Source: Heptranchias perlo
Taxonomy: Eukaryota
Assembly: GCF_035084215.1 (NCBI RefSeq)
Contig: NC_090333.1
Coordinates: 61,628,001-61,692,000 of the forward strand
Reading direction: 5' to 3'
Length of the DNA stretch: 64,000 nucleotides
The translations under genes were made by a program, and so were the position numbers. The stretch's first letter is position 1. Every line of letters begins with the position of its first letter. Of this stretch, positions 11,320-25,067 are shown in pieces. The notes under the pieces were generated by a model. The model worked only from the letters and a program-made list of their open reading frames with translations. It ran no database searches and was not told where the DNA came from.

Positions 11320-13233
11320 ATAAAAAGAACAACATAGGGTGACAAAAAGATAGTTAGAGCTACAAAAAGGGAGTATGAAAAGAAGCTTGCAACGGATATC
11401 AAAATCAACACAAAAAAATTTTGCAATTATTTTAGGAAAAAGAGGGTGGTCAAGAGCAATGTGGGCCCCTTAAAAACTGATAATTGTGATATTGTAAATG
11501 AAAATAAGGAAATGGCAGAGATGTTAAACAAATTAATTTACACCAGTATTTAGAGTAGAGGTGAGGATAGCATGCCGGATACTGGAAGGAAACTAATTTT
11601 GAATCAGGGACGGGGACTCACCATAATTAATGTAAGGAAATTAACAGTAATGAAGAAAATAATGGCACTAAAGATTGACAAATCCCCAGGACCAGAGGGT
11701 TTCCACCCCAGGGTTTTAAAGGAAGTAGATGAGAACATTGTAGACGCCCTAACTATAATCTTCCAAAGTTCTCTCGATTCAGGAACTGTTCCTTTCGATT
11801 AGAAAATTGCACATGTCACTCTGATACTTAAGAAAGATGAGAGAGGGAAAACCAGGGAATTATAGACCAGTTAGCCTAACATCTGTTGTGGGGAAAATGC
11901 TGGAGTCTATAATTAACGATAGAGTGACTGAATGCACTGAAAATTTTCAGCTGATCAGAGAAAGCCAGCATGGATTTGTAAAGGATAGGTCATGCCTAAA
12001 GAACCTGATTGAATTTTTTGAAGAGGTGACTGAAGTAGTAGATAGGGGAATGTCTATGGATGTTGTTTATATGGACTTCCAGAAGGCATTCGATAAAGTC
12101 CCTCATTAGAGACAGTTAGCTAAAGTCGAAGCTCATGGAAGTGAGGGCAAATTATTGACCTGATTAGGAAATTGGCTGAGCGGCAGGAGACAGAGATAAT
12201 GGGCAGGTACTCAAAATGACAGGATGTGACTAGTGGTGCCCCACAGGGATCTGTGTTGGGGCCTCAACTATTCACTGTATTTATTATCGACTTCGATGAT
12301 GGGATAGAGAGCCACATATCCAAGTTTGCCGATGACACAAAGATAGAATTGCAAGCAGTGTAGATGGAAGCATAAAATTACAGAGAGCTATCAATACATT
12401 AAGTGAATGGGCAAAGCTGTGGCAAATGGATTTCAATGTAAGCAAGTGTGAGGTCATCCACTTTGGACCTAAAAAGGACAGATCAGAGTACTTTCTAAAT
12501 GATGAAAAGCTCGAAACAGTGGCAGTCCAAAGAGACTTATGGGTCCATGGACATAGATCATTAAAATGTCATTGACAGGTACAGAAAATAATCAAAAAGG
12601 CTAATGGAATGCTGGCCTTTATATCTAGAGGACTAGATTATAAGGGGGTAGAAGTTATGCTACAGCTATACAAAGCCCTGTTTAGACCACACCTGGAGTA
12701 CTGTGTTCAGTCCTGGGCACCGCACCTTAGGAAGGATATATTGGCCTTGCAGGGAGTGCAGTGTAGATTTACTGGAATGATACCTGGACTCCAAGGTTTA
12801 AATTACGAGGCAAGATTACACAAACTAGGGTTGTATTCTCTAGAACTTAGAAGATTAAGGGGTGATTTGATCGAAGTTTTCAAGATATTAAGGGGAACTC
12901 ATAGGATAGATAGAGAGAAATTATTTCCGCTGGTTGGGGAGTCTAGGATTAGGGGACATAGCCTAAAAATTAGAGGCAGGACTTTCAGGAGTGAAGTTAG
13001 GAAACACTTCTACACGCAAAAGGCAGTCGAAGTTTGGAACTGTTCCGAAAACTGCAGTTAATGCTAGCTCAATTGTTAATTTTAAATCGGAGATTGATAG
13101 ATTTTTGTTAACCTAAGATATTAAGGGATATGGGGCTAAGGCTTTGGAGTTGGGTCACAGATCAACCATGATCTCATTGAATGGTGGAACAGGCTCGAGG
13201 GGCTAAATGGCCTCCTCCTGTTCCTATGTTCCT
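11320..13233 (+). mobile_element. 5'-truncated CR1 LINE (RT domain to 3' tail)
   Basis: KSPGPEGFHPRVLKE, GNYRPVSLTSVVGKMLE, YMDFQKAFDKVPH, FADDTK, RPHLEYCVQ. Tail cctcctgttcctatgttcct. Confidence 0.95.
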
Positions 13234-13369
13234 AGCAGAGCTCACATAGATTTAAGTGAAGAATTTGTTTAAAGAGCTCAGCTTTCTCATGAGAAAGTGG
13301 TTAAACCAGGGAACTGGTACTCAGTGCTGCCTGTCATAATAAATGTCACATGATGCTGTGTTAAGAGTT

Positions 13370-13840
13370 TACATAGAAATACATTAAAAGTTACAACACG
13401 GAAACAGGCCATCAGGCCCAACCAGTCTAAGTTGGCATTTACCCTCTACATGAGCAAACAGTCCTAATCACATGTATTCACCCTGTTTCCATATCTCTTT
13501 ATCGCCTTTCCCTTCATTCACCTATCCAATCTAATCTTAAATGTTGACATAGTTTCTGCCTCAACCACTAGCCCTGGAAGTGAATTCTCTTCCTCAACTG
13601 TGTACAGTGGCTTCTCTGGTTCTCTGTTCTAAATCTCTTCTATCTGTGGCCCATTCTAGACCCATTAACTACTGGGAACATTCTACTGCTATCTACCTCG
13701 TCCCATCCTTTCATAATTTTAAACATTTTTATCATATCACCCTATAATCTGCACTGTTCTAACAAAAAAAGCCCCAGTTTTTTAAGCCTTTCTTAATATT
13801 TGTACTTCCTAATACCAGGAACCATCCTTGTGAAAGTGTT
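13370..13840 (-). mobile_element. Old CR1 3' fragment
   Basis: Reverse-strand tail acatagaaatacat...gaaacaggccatcaggccc and degenerate ORF2 C-terminal sequence. Confidence 0.65.
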
Positions 13841-14547
13841 GGAAAATAAAGCATAGTTACAGAATCCATTATCACAATTTTTTACATTTCACCTGCTTTA
13901 AGTACACAAAATATAGCTTCAGTCCAAGTTGTAAATTTGTTGCAATTCATGGTACTGAAAATCTCTCTTCCCCAAAGACATAGTGCACTTTGGAGAGTTA
14001 AAAAGCCTCAGGTAATGAATTGATAGCTATATGATGGTCCATGCCAGCAACATACTCTATTATTTTAATGATAGAAGTTAAAATCTTATTGACCTTGGTT
14101 GGAACCCAATTCACATAACAGTACTATTTTGAAATGTTAACTGTTGCACTGGACCGGTGGCCTCTTGCTTTCTTAGAATCCTGAATATGTGACACATAGG
14201 GTTCGATAATAAGAGCCTGCGAATATTGAAAGTATGACTCATTCACTCACAGAAGCTTGAGGTTCATATCCCTCCTTCCATGCACAAAAACCCAACCACG
14301 TTAAACACAATTGCAAAGTACATGATTTTGTTTGCTGTCGTGGCCCTCCACAATCATTGTTTTGGTAAAGTCACTGGATTTCAAAATTCTAGTGAGATTC
14401 AGAAGGTTTCTTCCCTCAAATTCAGTCTCTTGGAATTGTTGCAAAACCTCTCAATTTCCTAAAAGGTACTTCATTATGGACTGAGAAAACTGGGGGAGGA
14501 AACAGGCAGAAGGACAAAATGTATTTTGGTTTTGACGAGAAGAAGAA

Positions 14548-15900
14548 ACAACAACCACTTGCATTTATATAGCGCCTTTAACGTAGTAAAACATCCCAAG
14601 GCGCTTCACAGGCATGTTAACAAACAAAATTTGACACCGAGCCACATAAGGAGATATTAGGATGGATGACCAAAAGCTGGGTCAAAGATATATGTTTTAA
14701 GGAGCATCTTAAAGGAGTAGAAAGAGATGAAGAGGCAAAGAGGTTTAAGTAGGGAATTCCAGAGCTTAGGGCCTAGGCAACAAGAGGCACGGCCGCCAAT
14801 AGTGGAGCGATTAAAATTGGGGATGTGCTAGAGGCCAGAATTGGAGGAGTGCAGAGATCTCAGAGGAGGTTACAGAGATAGTGGGGTGGGGGGTGGGGGG
14901 GCATGGAGGGATTTGAAAACAAGGATGAGAATTTTAAAATCGAGGCGTTCCTGGACTGGGAGCCAATGTAGGTCAGCGAGCACAGGGATGATGGGTGAAC
15001 AGGACTTGGTGAGAGTTAGGATATAGGCAGCAGAGTTTTGGATGAGCTCAAGTTTATGGAGGGTGGAAGGTGGGAGGCCGGCCAGGAGAGCATTGGAATG
15101 GTCTAGTCTAGAGCTAACAAAGGCATGGATAAAGATTTCAGCAGCAAATGAGCTGAGGCATGGGCGGAGACAGGCAATGTTACGGAGATGGAAGTAGACG
15201 GTCTTGGTGATGGAGCGGATATGTGGTCGGAAGCTCATCTCAGGTTCAAATAGGATGCTAAGATTGCAAACAGTCTGGTTCAAGCTCAGACAGTGGCCAG
15301 GGAGAGGGATGGAGTCAGTGGCTAGGGAACGCAGTTTGTGGCAGGGACCGAAGACAACGGCTTTGGTCTTCCCAATATTTAGTTGGAGGAAATTTCTGCT
15401 TATGCAGTACTGGATTTCACCAAGCAGTGTGACAAATCAGAGAGAGTGGAGGGGTCCAGAGAGGTGGTGGTGAGGTAGAGCTGGGTGTCGTCAGCGTACA
15501 TGTGGAACCTGATGTCATGTTTTTGGATGATGTCACTGAGGTGCAGCAGGTAGGTGAGAAATAGAAGGGGGCCAAGGATAGATCCTTGGGGGACTCCAGA
15601 GGTAATGGTGCAGGAGTGGGAAGAGAAGTCATTGCAGGTGATTCTCTGGCTACGACTGGATAGATAAGAATGGAATGCAGTCTCACCTAGCTGGATGACG
15701 GAGAGGCGTCGTAGGAGGATGGTGTGGTTAACCATGTCAAAGGCTGCAGACAGGTCAAGAAGGATGGAGGGGGGGTGGGTAGTTTACCACGGTCACTGTC
15801 ACATAGGATGTCATTTGTGACTTTGACAAGGGTCATTTCAGGACTGTGGCAGGGGCGGAAACCTGATTGGAGGGGTTCAAACATGGAGTTGCGGGAAAGT
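14548..15900 (-). mobile_element. L2 LINE 3' part (RT + tail)
   Basis: QSGFRPCHSPE, GVPQGSILGPLLF, FHMYADDTQLY, IHAFVSSRLDHSNALLAGL, LHWLPVQERLDFKIL. Tail aggcgctatataaatgcaagtggttgttg. Confidence 0.93.
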
Positions 15901-15944
15901 TAGGAATGAATGAGAATGAAAGAGTTTAGAATTTTGTGCTCTTT

Positions 15945-16647
15945 GTCTTTACCATCACCAAATCCCCCACCATCAACATCCTGGAGGTCACCATTGACCA
16001 GAGACTTAACTGGACCAGCCACATAAATACTGTGGCTACAAGAGCAGGTCAGAGGCTAGGTATTCTGCGGTGTATTCTGGGTATTACTTCCCAAAGCCTT
16101 TCCACCATCTACAAGGCACAAGTCAGGAGTGTGATGGAATAATCTCCACTTGCCTGGATGAGTGCAGCTCCAACAATCCTCAAAAAGCTCGACATCCTCC
16201 AAGACAAAGCAGCCCGCTTGATTGGCACCCCATCCACCACCTTAAACATTCACTCCCTCCACCACCGGCACACTGTGGCTGCAGTGTGTACCATCCACAG
16301 GATGCACTGCAGCAACTCGCCAAGGCTTCTTCGACAGCACCTCCCAACCCATGACCTCTATCACTTAGAAGGACAAGGGCAACAGGCACATGGGAACACC
16401 ACCACCTGCACGTTCCCCTCCAAGTCACACACCATCCTGACTTGGAAATATATCACCGTTCCTTTAACGTCGTTGTCAAAATCCTGGAACTCCCTTCCTA
16501 ACAGCACTGTGGGAGAACATTCACCACACGCTCTGCAGCGGTTCAAGAAGGCGGCTCACCACCACCTTCTGAAGGGGAATTAGGGATGGGCAATAAATGC
16601 CGGCCTCGCCAGCGACGTGCACATCCCATGGATGAATTTTAAAAAAC
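15945..16647 (+). mobile_element. CR1/L2-group LINE 3' fragment (distinct family)
   Basis: ILEVTIDQRLNWTSHINTVATRAGQRLGIL...YKAQVRSVME...LDILQDKAARLIG...KSWNSLP. Poly-A-like end. Confidence 0.85.
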
Positions 16648-17004
16648 TGACAGGCTTTTCAGAACTGACAGTGACCAACTGCATAAACATAGCTGTCACA
16701 AGACACCGTCTATCTGCTCAAATAAATCTAGATTCTGGCTAGCTGCTTTGAACTTCAATTATATACACATCACTATGACATTTTGAGATTTTTATCTATT
16801 TGGCCTGGATGCAATCTTGGTTTAATTTATATTACGATGTTGCTATGAAGTTAATTTCAGTTCATAATGGGTTAATTCCCAAAGTCACATGCTATCTGCA
16901 ACACTGATTAAGATCATTATTTGAAAAACCAGATCAAGTAGGTATCAAAAATTGTGTATTCTCACATACCCCAAATTCATTTCGAGACAACGGAGGATAT
17001 TGAG

Positions 17005-17350
17005 TTACATAGAAATTGTAAAATGGAAACAGGCAATTCGACCCAACCAGTCCGTGTTCGTGTTTATCCTTCACATTAACAATGGGCCTAATCCCACGTG
17101 CCCGCCCTCTTCCCATATCCCTCTTTCCTTTAACCATCTATCTAATCTTGTTCTTAACAGTGGACACGGTCTTTGCTTCAATCACTAACTCCAGTCATGC
17201 ATTCCACAGTCTGACAACACTATATGCAAAAAGTTTCTCTTTCTTTCTGTCCTAAATCTCTTTGAAGAAGTAACAGATTGTGAAGACAAGGACGATCTGC
17301 TGGACATGGACTTTCAGGAGGCCTTCGATAAGGTGCTACATAAGAGTCTG
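17005..17350. mobile_element. Short CR1 fragments (3' tail on -, RT piece on +)
   Basis: acatagaaattg...aaacaggcaattcgaccc tail on -, and atggactttcaggaggccttcgataaggtgctacat (MDFQEAFDKVLH) on +. Confidence 0.6.
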
Positions 17351-18004
17351 CATCAACTTGATCAATTTCATGCATCAATCTGAATTTCTAAATGCAAATT
17401 TCAGCTGAAAAATCTATCTACTTTTTCCATAATAGCTGCAGATGTTCTTGATTTGCTTTGAAAGACCAAGGGGTAAATTTTAACTCCCAAGAACAGGTGG
17501 GTTGGGGGTGGGTGGGCAGTAAAAATCCTCCCCTTTCACATCCCAGCTCCAACACGCCCACTTCCAGGTTTGACCCAGAAGCATCTGGATGCCTGTGTGT
17601 TTCTGACACCCATTAATCCCACCAGCTCTTGGAGCCAGTGGGACGATATTTAAAGGGCCAATTTAGGTCTTTAAAGTACTTAGTCCTGTTAACTTATTGT
17701 ATATTGACTTGCACAACCATTTTAACTTTCCTTGATCATGTCTCCCGTGGCCTCTGAAACACGCCATGGAAGCAGAGGTGAGTTGCAGCCGACCCTCATT
17801 TGGACCTTTAAACCAATGATTGACACGTGAAGAAAAGGTGAGGTATTACAGCAGGGCAGTCAGTTCTCTCAGACAAACCTTTGGCTGGGAGTTCTTTGTG
17901 TTTAGACTGAGATTTCTCTGTTCCCATTTGGAATTCTTATGTTCACCCATATTTACCTATATTTTGGACCCCCTCAAACTGACAACATCAGGATAGGGGG
18001 CGTA

Positions 18005-19189
18005 ATGGATTTATTCCACAGTACATCTGAGAAGGAAACACATCACCATCCGTGACAGGCACAACGTGCAGTTCTGGGACCTGCAGGTCCACAAGACACA
18101 GGTGCGCCACAAGGACCTGCAGAAGAGCAGAGAGGGGACAAACGGAGGGGCCGAGGTGGCAGGAGGCACTACCCATGTGAAAGGGTGAACAGGCAGAGGC
18201 TGAGCTTCCTGGACCTCTCCGAGAAGCAATGTCTACGAAGGCTCAGATTGAGTCGCCAGGTGGTCGCAGACATCTGCACGCTCCTTCATGCAGAGCTGCT
18301 CCCGGCTGGGCCTGGTGGCCACGCATCGCCCATCGCAGTTAAAGTCACCATTGCCCTCAATTTCTTCGCCTCTCAATCCTTCCAGGGCACCACTAGTGAC
18401 ATCTCCAGGGTCCCTCAGTCATCTGCACATAAGTGTATATGCTTGTTTGCCAGGGCATCTGAGTACGTTCACTTCCCCCGTGACGTCATCGGCCAGACTG
18501 AGAGAGCAGTGGGTTCCAACTCTCTGGCTGCCTTCCCGTGGGTATAGGACGCAATTGATTGCACACACGAAGCAATATAGGACCTGCACATGAGCCAGGA
18601 ATGTTCATAAACCGAAAGGGATATCACTCCATCAATGCGCAGTCGGTTTGCGACCACCAGAGGAGGTTTCCGCAGGTGTGTGCCAGATTCCCTGGCAACT
18701 GCCATGATTCCTTCATTTTGCACGAGTCCAACATCCCGGCCTCTTCCACACACATGACAGACTTAAGGGCTGGATCCTTGGAGACAAGGGATACGCCCAG
18801 ACGTGGCTCATGATACCTCTGAGAAACTCCACCAATGAGGTACAGCAGCGGTACAACGACAGTCACATCACCACTAGGTCTGTTATTGAACAAGCCATAG
18901 GAATGCTCAAGATGTGCTTCAGGTGCCTGGATCGATCTGGGCGAGCCCTTCAGTACTCACCAGCGAGGGTGCGCAGATTAATAGTCGTGTGTTGCGTCCC
19001 GCACAACATCGCTCAGCAGAGAGGGTTACAGGTGGAGGAGCTCGAATGTACTCATGAATCATCCTCATCTGCCGGCAACATTGTGGAAGAGGAGGAGGAG
19101 GAGGATGATGATGACGATGGGCACCCTTCGCCAGAGCAGCGACTGCTCGTGATGCCGGGGAGTCACTCGTATTGAACAGGTTCGCATAA
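18005..19189 (+). pseudogene. Harbinger DDE transposase of element 2, disrupted
   Basis: RLSFLDLSEKQCLRRLRLSR, KVTIALNFFAS, FPWV*DAIDCTH, FINRKGYHSINAQSVCDH, ARFPGNCHDSFIL, YNDSHITTRSVIEQAIGMLKMCFRCLDRSG. Start position approximate. Confidence 0.93.
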
Positions 19190-19511
19190 TGAGATCTGCA
19201 AACTGAAGATAGTGAACTACTCAGGTCGCTGGAACAACCACCAACACTGGCCCCCTTCCCCCTCCTCCGCTTGCACAAAACAGTCCTTCAACCACTCATA
19301 CACCCACTGTAAACACGCCCAATGGGTGGTATCAAGTATTGGCGTTCATGATGAAGCACATGAAAAGCCAATTTCACAAAAGGGACTCAAGAATGGACTA
19401 GACATGGCAATGGTGGTGAGAATCATAACATTTAACGTGCATTTAACAAAAAACAAATATAAATGAAAAACATGATGTTTCGTCATACATCCTTGTGCAT
19501 ACCCTCGGTGA

Positions 19512-22500
19512 TTACGAAACCTTAACCTTACTCTTCCACGTGGTGCATCCCCTGTGGCTTCAGCAGAGGTAGTGGCAGATTGCTCAAGTCCTGCACTGAC
19601 TGCTGAGATGCTCACGGCCTACGACCTCTGGGTTTTGGAGCCAGTGAGGGCCCCGCCATAGACTGCTCCACCTGCATCTGTGCAGGGGCAGACTCAGCCA
19701 TCGGGAGAGGAGGCAGCATTGCGGGTACTGTTGAGGGAGGGGGGCAACGGGTGAGATGTGGGAACGCTTTAAGTGGAGTTCCCACTTCCATGTCCCCTTT
19801 TACCATCATCTCTCTCCTGGGCCAGCGCAACATCACTCCTACCACCCTGCTGGACAACAGCTTGAAGCACATCTGTGACGCATTCTAAGGCCATGGCTGA
19901 AGTATCTGTCTGCCTGTTTAAGGCGGCAGAAAAGTTGGCATCCTGAGTCCGCACGGCTGTTATCATGGCCTGAATGGACTCATTTGTGAGCCGTGCTTGA
20001 AATTCAATGGAGGCTGCCATTCTCTCCATCACAGACATTCCCGCACTTACCTGTGCCACCATTGTACTAATGCTAGAGGTGGACACCTCCATCCTCTCCG
20101 CCATTGTGGAGAGTGTGCGTGACACATCTTCTGGTACCTCGCAAAGATGCAGCTGTACCTCTATCATTCTCATTCTCAACGATGGCCACCGGGGTTCAGC
20201 ATCTGCGTGCAGCTGAGCAGAGTTGAGTACGCCTCCGGACTTGGACTCTCCACAGCTGCCCCTGCCACCAGCATCTGCTCATGCTCACCAGTGAGTGGTG
20301 AATTACCAGGTGACAACTCAACTATCTGCCTAACAGGACCCACCGAAGTGTGAGTAGCTGTGCTGGTGCATGGCTGGATATGATGTGACGATGCGCCCTC
20401 AGAGGAATGGAGCTCCTCTGAGGAATCGCCCTCTTCCATGTTGCGTGCCTCTTCATCAATCCTTGAAGGCCCTGGAAGAGAACATTAAGCAATATTAATA
20501 ATCATTGCACAAATTAACAGTAATGAAGAAAATAATGGCACTAAAGAATGACAAATCCCCAGAACCAGATGGTTTCCATCCCAGGGTTTTAAAAGGAAGT
20601 AGGTGAGAACATTGCAGAAGCTTCGACTATAATCTTCCAAAGTTCTCTCAATTCAGGAACCATTCCATTAGATTGGAAAATTGCACATTTGCTCTGCTAT
20701 TTAAGATGAGAGAAGGAAACCAAAGAATTATCACCAGTTAGTCGGGAAATTACTAGAGTTCTGTAATTAAGGATAGAGTGACTGAACACCTTGAAAATTT
20801 TCAGCTGATCAGAGAAAACCAGTTTGGATTTGGAAAGGGCAGGTCATGTCTAAAGAACCTGATTGAATTTTTTGAAGAGGTGACTAAAGTAGTGGATAGG
20901 GGAATGTCTATGGATGTTGTTTATCTGGACTTCCAGAAGGCATTTGGTAAAGTCCCTCATAAGAGACTTAGCTAAAGTCGAAGCTCAAGGAATTGAGGGC
21001 AAATTATTGACCTGGTTAGGAAATTAGCTCAGCGGCAGGAGACAGAGAGTAGGGATAATGGGCAGGTATTTAAATTGGCAGGATGTGACTTGTGGTGTCC
21101 CACAGGGATCTGTGTTGGGGCCTCAACTGTTCACTGTATTTGTTAACGACTTAGACGATGGGATAGAGAGCCACATATCCAAGTTTGCTGATGACACAAA
21201 GATGGGCAGTATTGTAAGCAGTGTAGATGGAAGCATGAAATTACAGAGAGATATTAATAGATTAAATGAATGGGCAAAACTGTGGCAAATGGATTTCAAT
21301 GTAGGCAAGTGTGAGGTCATCCACTTTGGACCTAAAAAGGATAGATCAGAGTACTTTCTAAATGGTGAAAAGTTTGAAACAGTGGAAGTCCAAAGAGACT
21401 TAGGGATCCATGTACATAGATCATTAAAATGTCATGGACAGGTACAGAAAATAATCAAAAAGGCTAATGGAATGCTGGCGTTTATATCTAGAGGACTAGA
21501 ATACAAGAGGGTAGAAGTTATGCTACAGGTATACAAAACCCTGTTTAGACCACACCTGGAGTACTGTGTTCTGTTCTGGGAACCGCACCTTAGGAAGGAT
21601 ATACTGGCCTTGGAGGGAGGGCAGCGTAGATTTACTAGAATGATACCTGGACTCCAAGGGTTAAATTACGAGGAGAGATTACACAAACTAAGGTTATATT
21701 CCCTGGAATTTAGAAGATTTAAGGGGTGATTTGATCGAAGTTTTCAAGATATTAAGGGGAACTGATAGGGTAGATAGAGACTATTTCTGCTGGTTGGGGA
21801 GTCTAGGACTAGGGGACATAGCCTAAAAATTAGAGCCAGGACTTTCAGGAGTGAAGTTAGGAAACACTTCTACATACAAAAGGCAGTAGAAGTTTGGAAC
21901 TCTCTTCAAAAATGGCAGTTGATGCTAGCTCAATTGTTAATTTAAATCTGAGATTGATTGATTTTTGTTAACCAAAGATATTAAGGGATATGGGGCTAAG
22001 GCGGGTTTATGGAGTTAGGTCACAGATCAGCCATGATCTTATTGAACATGTTTGAGGGCCTAAATGGCCTACTCCTGTTCCTATGTTCCTAAGTTAGTTT
22101 GCAATGAGCTAACTGAGGTGTGCAACAGGTCAATCATTGGTAACATCAATTCATGATGTGTGTAAGGGATGTTAAAATTCTGTCACCAGCCGTTTGCAGG
22201 CTGCCAATCTCTCCATCTATGACGGCCAGGCATTCAACCGTGCGGCTGAGCTCCAAGGCCTCCTCCTCCGCCTCTGTCAGGGGCACTATTTGTGGTGGCC
22301 CCCTCCAGTCATACTCCTCTCCCGTGCATTTTGCACTCTCTTCTACAAAGGGAGAAAGAACAGACGTGTGAGTGAGTGAAGGTGATGTGGTCACTCAATA
22401 GATGCATTGCTTTGAGTGAGGCTGCCAATGAAAGAGATACATCAGAGAATGAGTATTAGACAGATTCATCACATTGCATCAGGATTGGGGTGAGTGGGAG

Positions 22501-22918
22501 TGGTGGGTTCACAAATGGGGAGGTGAAGAAGTGTACGGAAAGTGAAGGGAAGTTGATGATGAGACTTAAGTGGGTGTGAGGAGTGATGTGATGGAGTAGG
22601 CTTAGCAAGACAGAGTGAGGTGGGGGCGGGGGGGTAATGAACACCATGGGATGTAGGTGAATCAGGAACTGTACTCACTTTTCCTGACCTGGTAAGATCA
22701 TGAAAGCGCTTCCTGCATTGCGCCCATGTCCTTGCCACCATGCTCCTGCTGCTCAGCTCCTCTGCCACCTCGAGCCAGGCCTTCTTGGTGGCAGAGGCTG
22801 AGTGCTTCCTCCGATCAGCCAGGTACAGTATGTCCCTCCTGCTCCTCACACTGGCCACTATCAACTCAAGCGAAGAGTCATTAAACCGGGAAGCTGGCTT
22901 AGTTCTTTGATGCTTCAT
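19512..22918 (-). pseudogene. Harbinger Myb/SANT gene of element 2, exons 22918-22679, 22342-22187, 20471-19512
   Basis: RFNDSSLELIVASVRSRRDILY...KKAWLEVAEELSSRSMVARTWAQCRKRFHDLTRSGK|gtgagt. GT-AG boundaries match element 3. Coiled-coil-like exon 3. Confidence 0.88.
20511..22090 (+). mobile_element. 5'-truncated CR1 inserted in intron 2 of the element 2 Myb gene
   Basis: RT motifs ([16 protein letters not shown]). Same subfamily as 11320-13233. The flanks rejoin to match the uninterrupted intron of element 3 (about 43480-43545). Confidence 0.93.
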
Positions 22919-24507
22919 TTCTTCAAATTCCTTCTTTCTCCCTCAAAATCCTTGCTTGGATTAACCCTTTAAATACTCCAGTTCCTAGCAAGTCATTTGG
23001 GTACGCAGCTTGGTGATGCGAAACCTGGACGTTACATTAAGGGCCTTCAATTGAGTCACGATCGCTCAAGCCAACGCATGCAAAATGTTTCCGTGTTTTC
23101 CATGTGATTATTCATCCCCCCCTCTGCTGAATTCCTGCCGCCATGTTAAAATTTACCCTCAAACGTCTGGAAATGTAATCCAAAGTTATTTATTCACAAA
23201 ATAGAGAACACTGTTGTGTATATTCTAGTCAAAGTGCAACCCGTGTATCAATGAGATACAATGGAGCCCAGCTAGCTTTCATGGGAACACAAGTATTAAG
23301 CAAAAAAAAATTATTCCACTCATCAGAGCCATTCATTTCAGTCTATACAGAATTGGCACTGTAAAGGGCTCTACTCTTATTAAATCTCCCGAGAAAGCCA
23401 ACCAAACAATCACTTAATGGTTGTTAGTAGTTTCATTCAGGATGCTGAATTCATTTTTGATCCAATAATATCACTTATTTATTGTCACAGCTCACCTGAT
23501 GTTATTTTCATCCTCCCAAATGAACTTTTAATGCTTTTCCTTTAGTTCTCCTCTCCCACACACTTTCCCAATTGAGGTGGTTAATGTAGGACTACTGCCA
23601 TCCTTTGTCAATTTTGCTCTTTGCCCGACTGCCTCAAATCATTCTGAGCCAAGGAGGCTCCTTCACTCACTCACCCATTTTAGCACAGAGTTAACTCATT
23701 ATTAGATAGGTGGTTCAGCACCATTTTCTGCCCTCTGGAGGATAGTCACCTAATCTCTGCTCAGTACCTTCTTCGAGTGGGACAGCCAAAGTCACCATAT
23801 GGAGCACCATAGACAGTAGCACATCCTTTCTGTCACATGTGAAAAACATCCCATCTATTCAACCACTGCAGTGAAACTGTACATCAGACACCTCACCTAT
23901 TCAACATGACAAGTTTTAATTACTGTTCAGGATGTTCACACATGAATAAATATCAAACTTCTCTTAAGGGCATCTACAATGCAACAAACAGCTGATTTAA
24001 TGTTATATTTCTACCTTAATTTGCAGTTGTTGAATATTTCATGCTTGCCCTTTCCCTGTATTCTCAACTCTCAGAGGAGCACAGCAAGAGTCTGCACCAT
24101 AGAAAAGTTCAGTGATGCTCAAGTGTTTCCTTAGGGACAGCCAATACTATGAAAATATTATTATATTAGGCAGACTATCTGCCACGTCCACTGTCACTAC
24201 CAGCTTACTTTTTTTTAACGAGAGTGAGAATCTTTGCTGGCCACTAGGGAGTGCATTTGCGTAACCTAGGGTGACTCACCCATTGGTTGTCCCTTGTTAC
24301 CTGTCGAGAAATGCCTACCTTCACTCAATGCTTCCCTGATGAAATGATCAAGAATGTATAGGGGAAGGTGTCCACACAAACCCGCATGATATCAGTCTAC
24401 CACACAGCACTATAGAGTGCCAGTGCACTGCGCCATCACACCACAGTAACCAACAGTGTTAACTGTACTCAGTCACAATAAAACAGAAGGCCTGGAACCA
24501 GACTTAC

Positions 24508-24563
24508 GTAAACTGGACCAGTGGTCTTGTTCCTTCCTCCTGGCATGCCATCTTCACGAATAG
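24508..24563 (-). CDS. nr6a1: NR6A T-box/C-terminal-extension exon (56 bp)
   Basis: tttttcag|CTATTCGTGAAGATGGCATGCCAGGAGGAAGGAACAAGACCACTGGTCCAGTTTAC|gtaagt = (A)IREDGMPGGRNKTTGPVY. Joins in frame to the DBD exon (G|CT = Ala) and matches the NR6A1 motif AIREDGMPGGRNK as recalled. Not in the ORF track. Confidence 0.92.
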
Positions 24564-25067
24564 CTGAAAAATAAAGTCATTCATTTCACAAAATGGTGTA
24601 GAACAGGCACATTCTGTCTTTACAATATAATTAATGAGGATTCTTCAATGGATCTTCCAAATTTCTTCACCTCTTCATGAACTACACCATTTTGCATTCA
24701 CATGCAAGATAGCAAGTCATTTATAGGTTTGTTGAATTAGAAAATGTTTTTAACACGACTGCCAAATTGAATCATAATAAAAGCACTATGTTAATCTTGA
24801 AATTCAACTAAGATTCTTTGAGTAGCTTCCACAGTGCTTATATTATTGTGCTGCAGTGCAGCAGTATCAATTTCCACACATCAGTCTAAATTTCCTGTTG
24901 TTTAATGTCCAGTTTTTGGGTGTGAAGTGCACGTAACTGTTCGGAAAATCAGGTGGAGATCCATGCTGCTGGATCTTTGCCCATTTTTTGATCTGTCTGA
25001 TTTTGCGCCCTTAACTATAATGGCTGCAGGAAATATCCGCCAGTTTGTGAGCACTCGACGCAAATGA

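Larger units (their letters stand above)
17470..23159. mobile_element. PIF/Harbinger transposon, element 2 (with nested CR1)
   Basis: 15-bp TIR ggggtaaattttaac versus reverse complement agggtaaattttaac (14/15). TSD CAA at 17467-17469 and 23160-23162. Transposase on +, Myb gene on -. Confidence 0.93.

Noticed and set aside
1-24507. Downstream NR6A hinge/LBD exons
   Set aside because: No convincing match was found on the minus strand (for example the EIERF segment near 14440-14460 hits stops). They probably lie beyond the window start.
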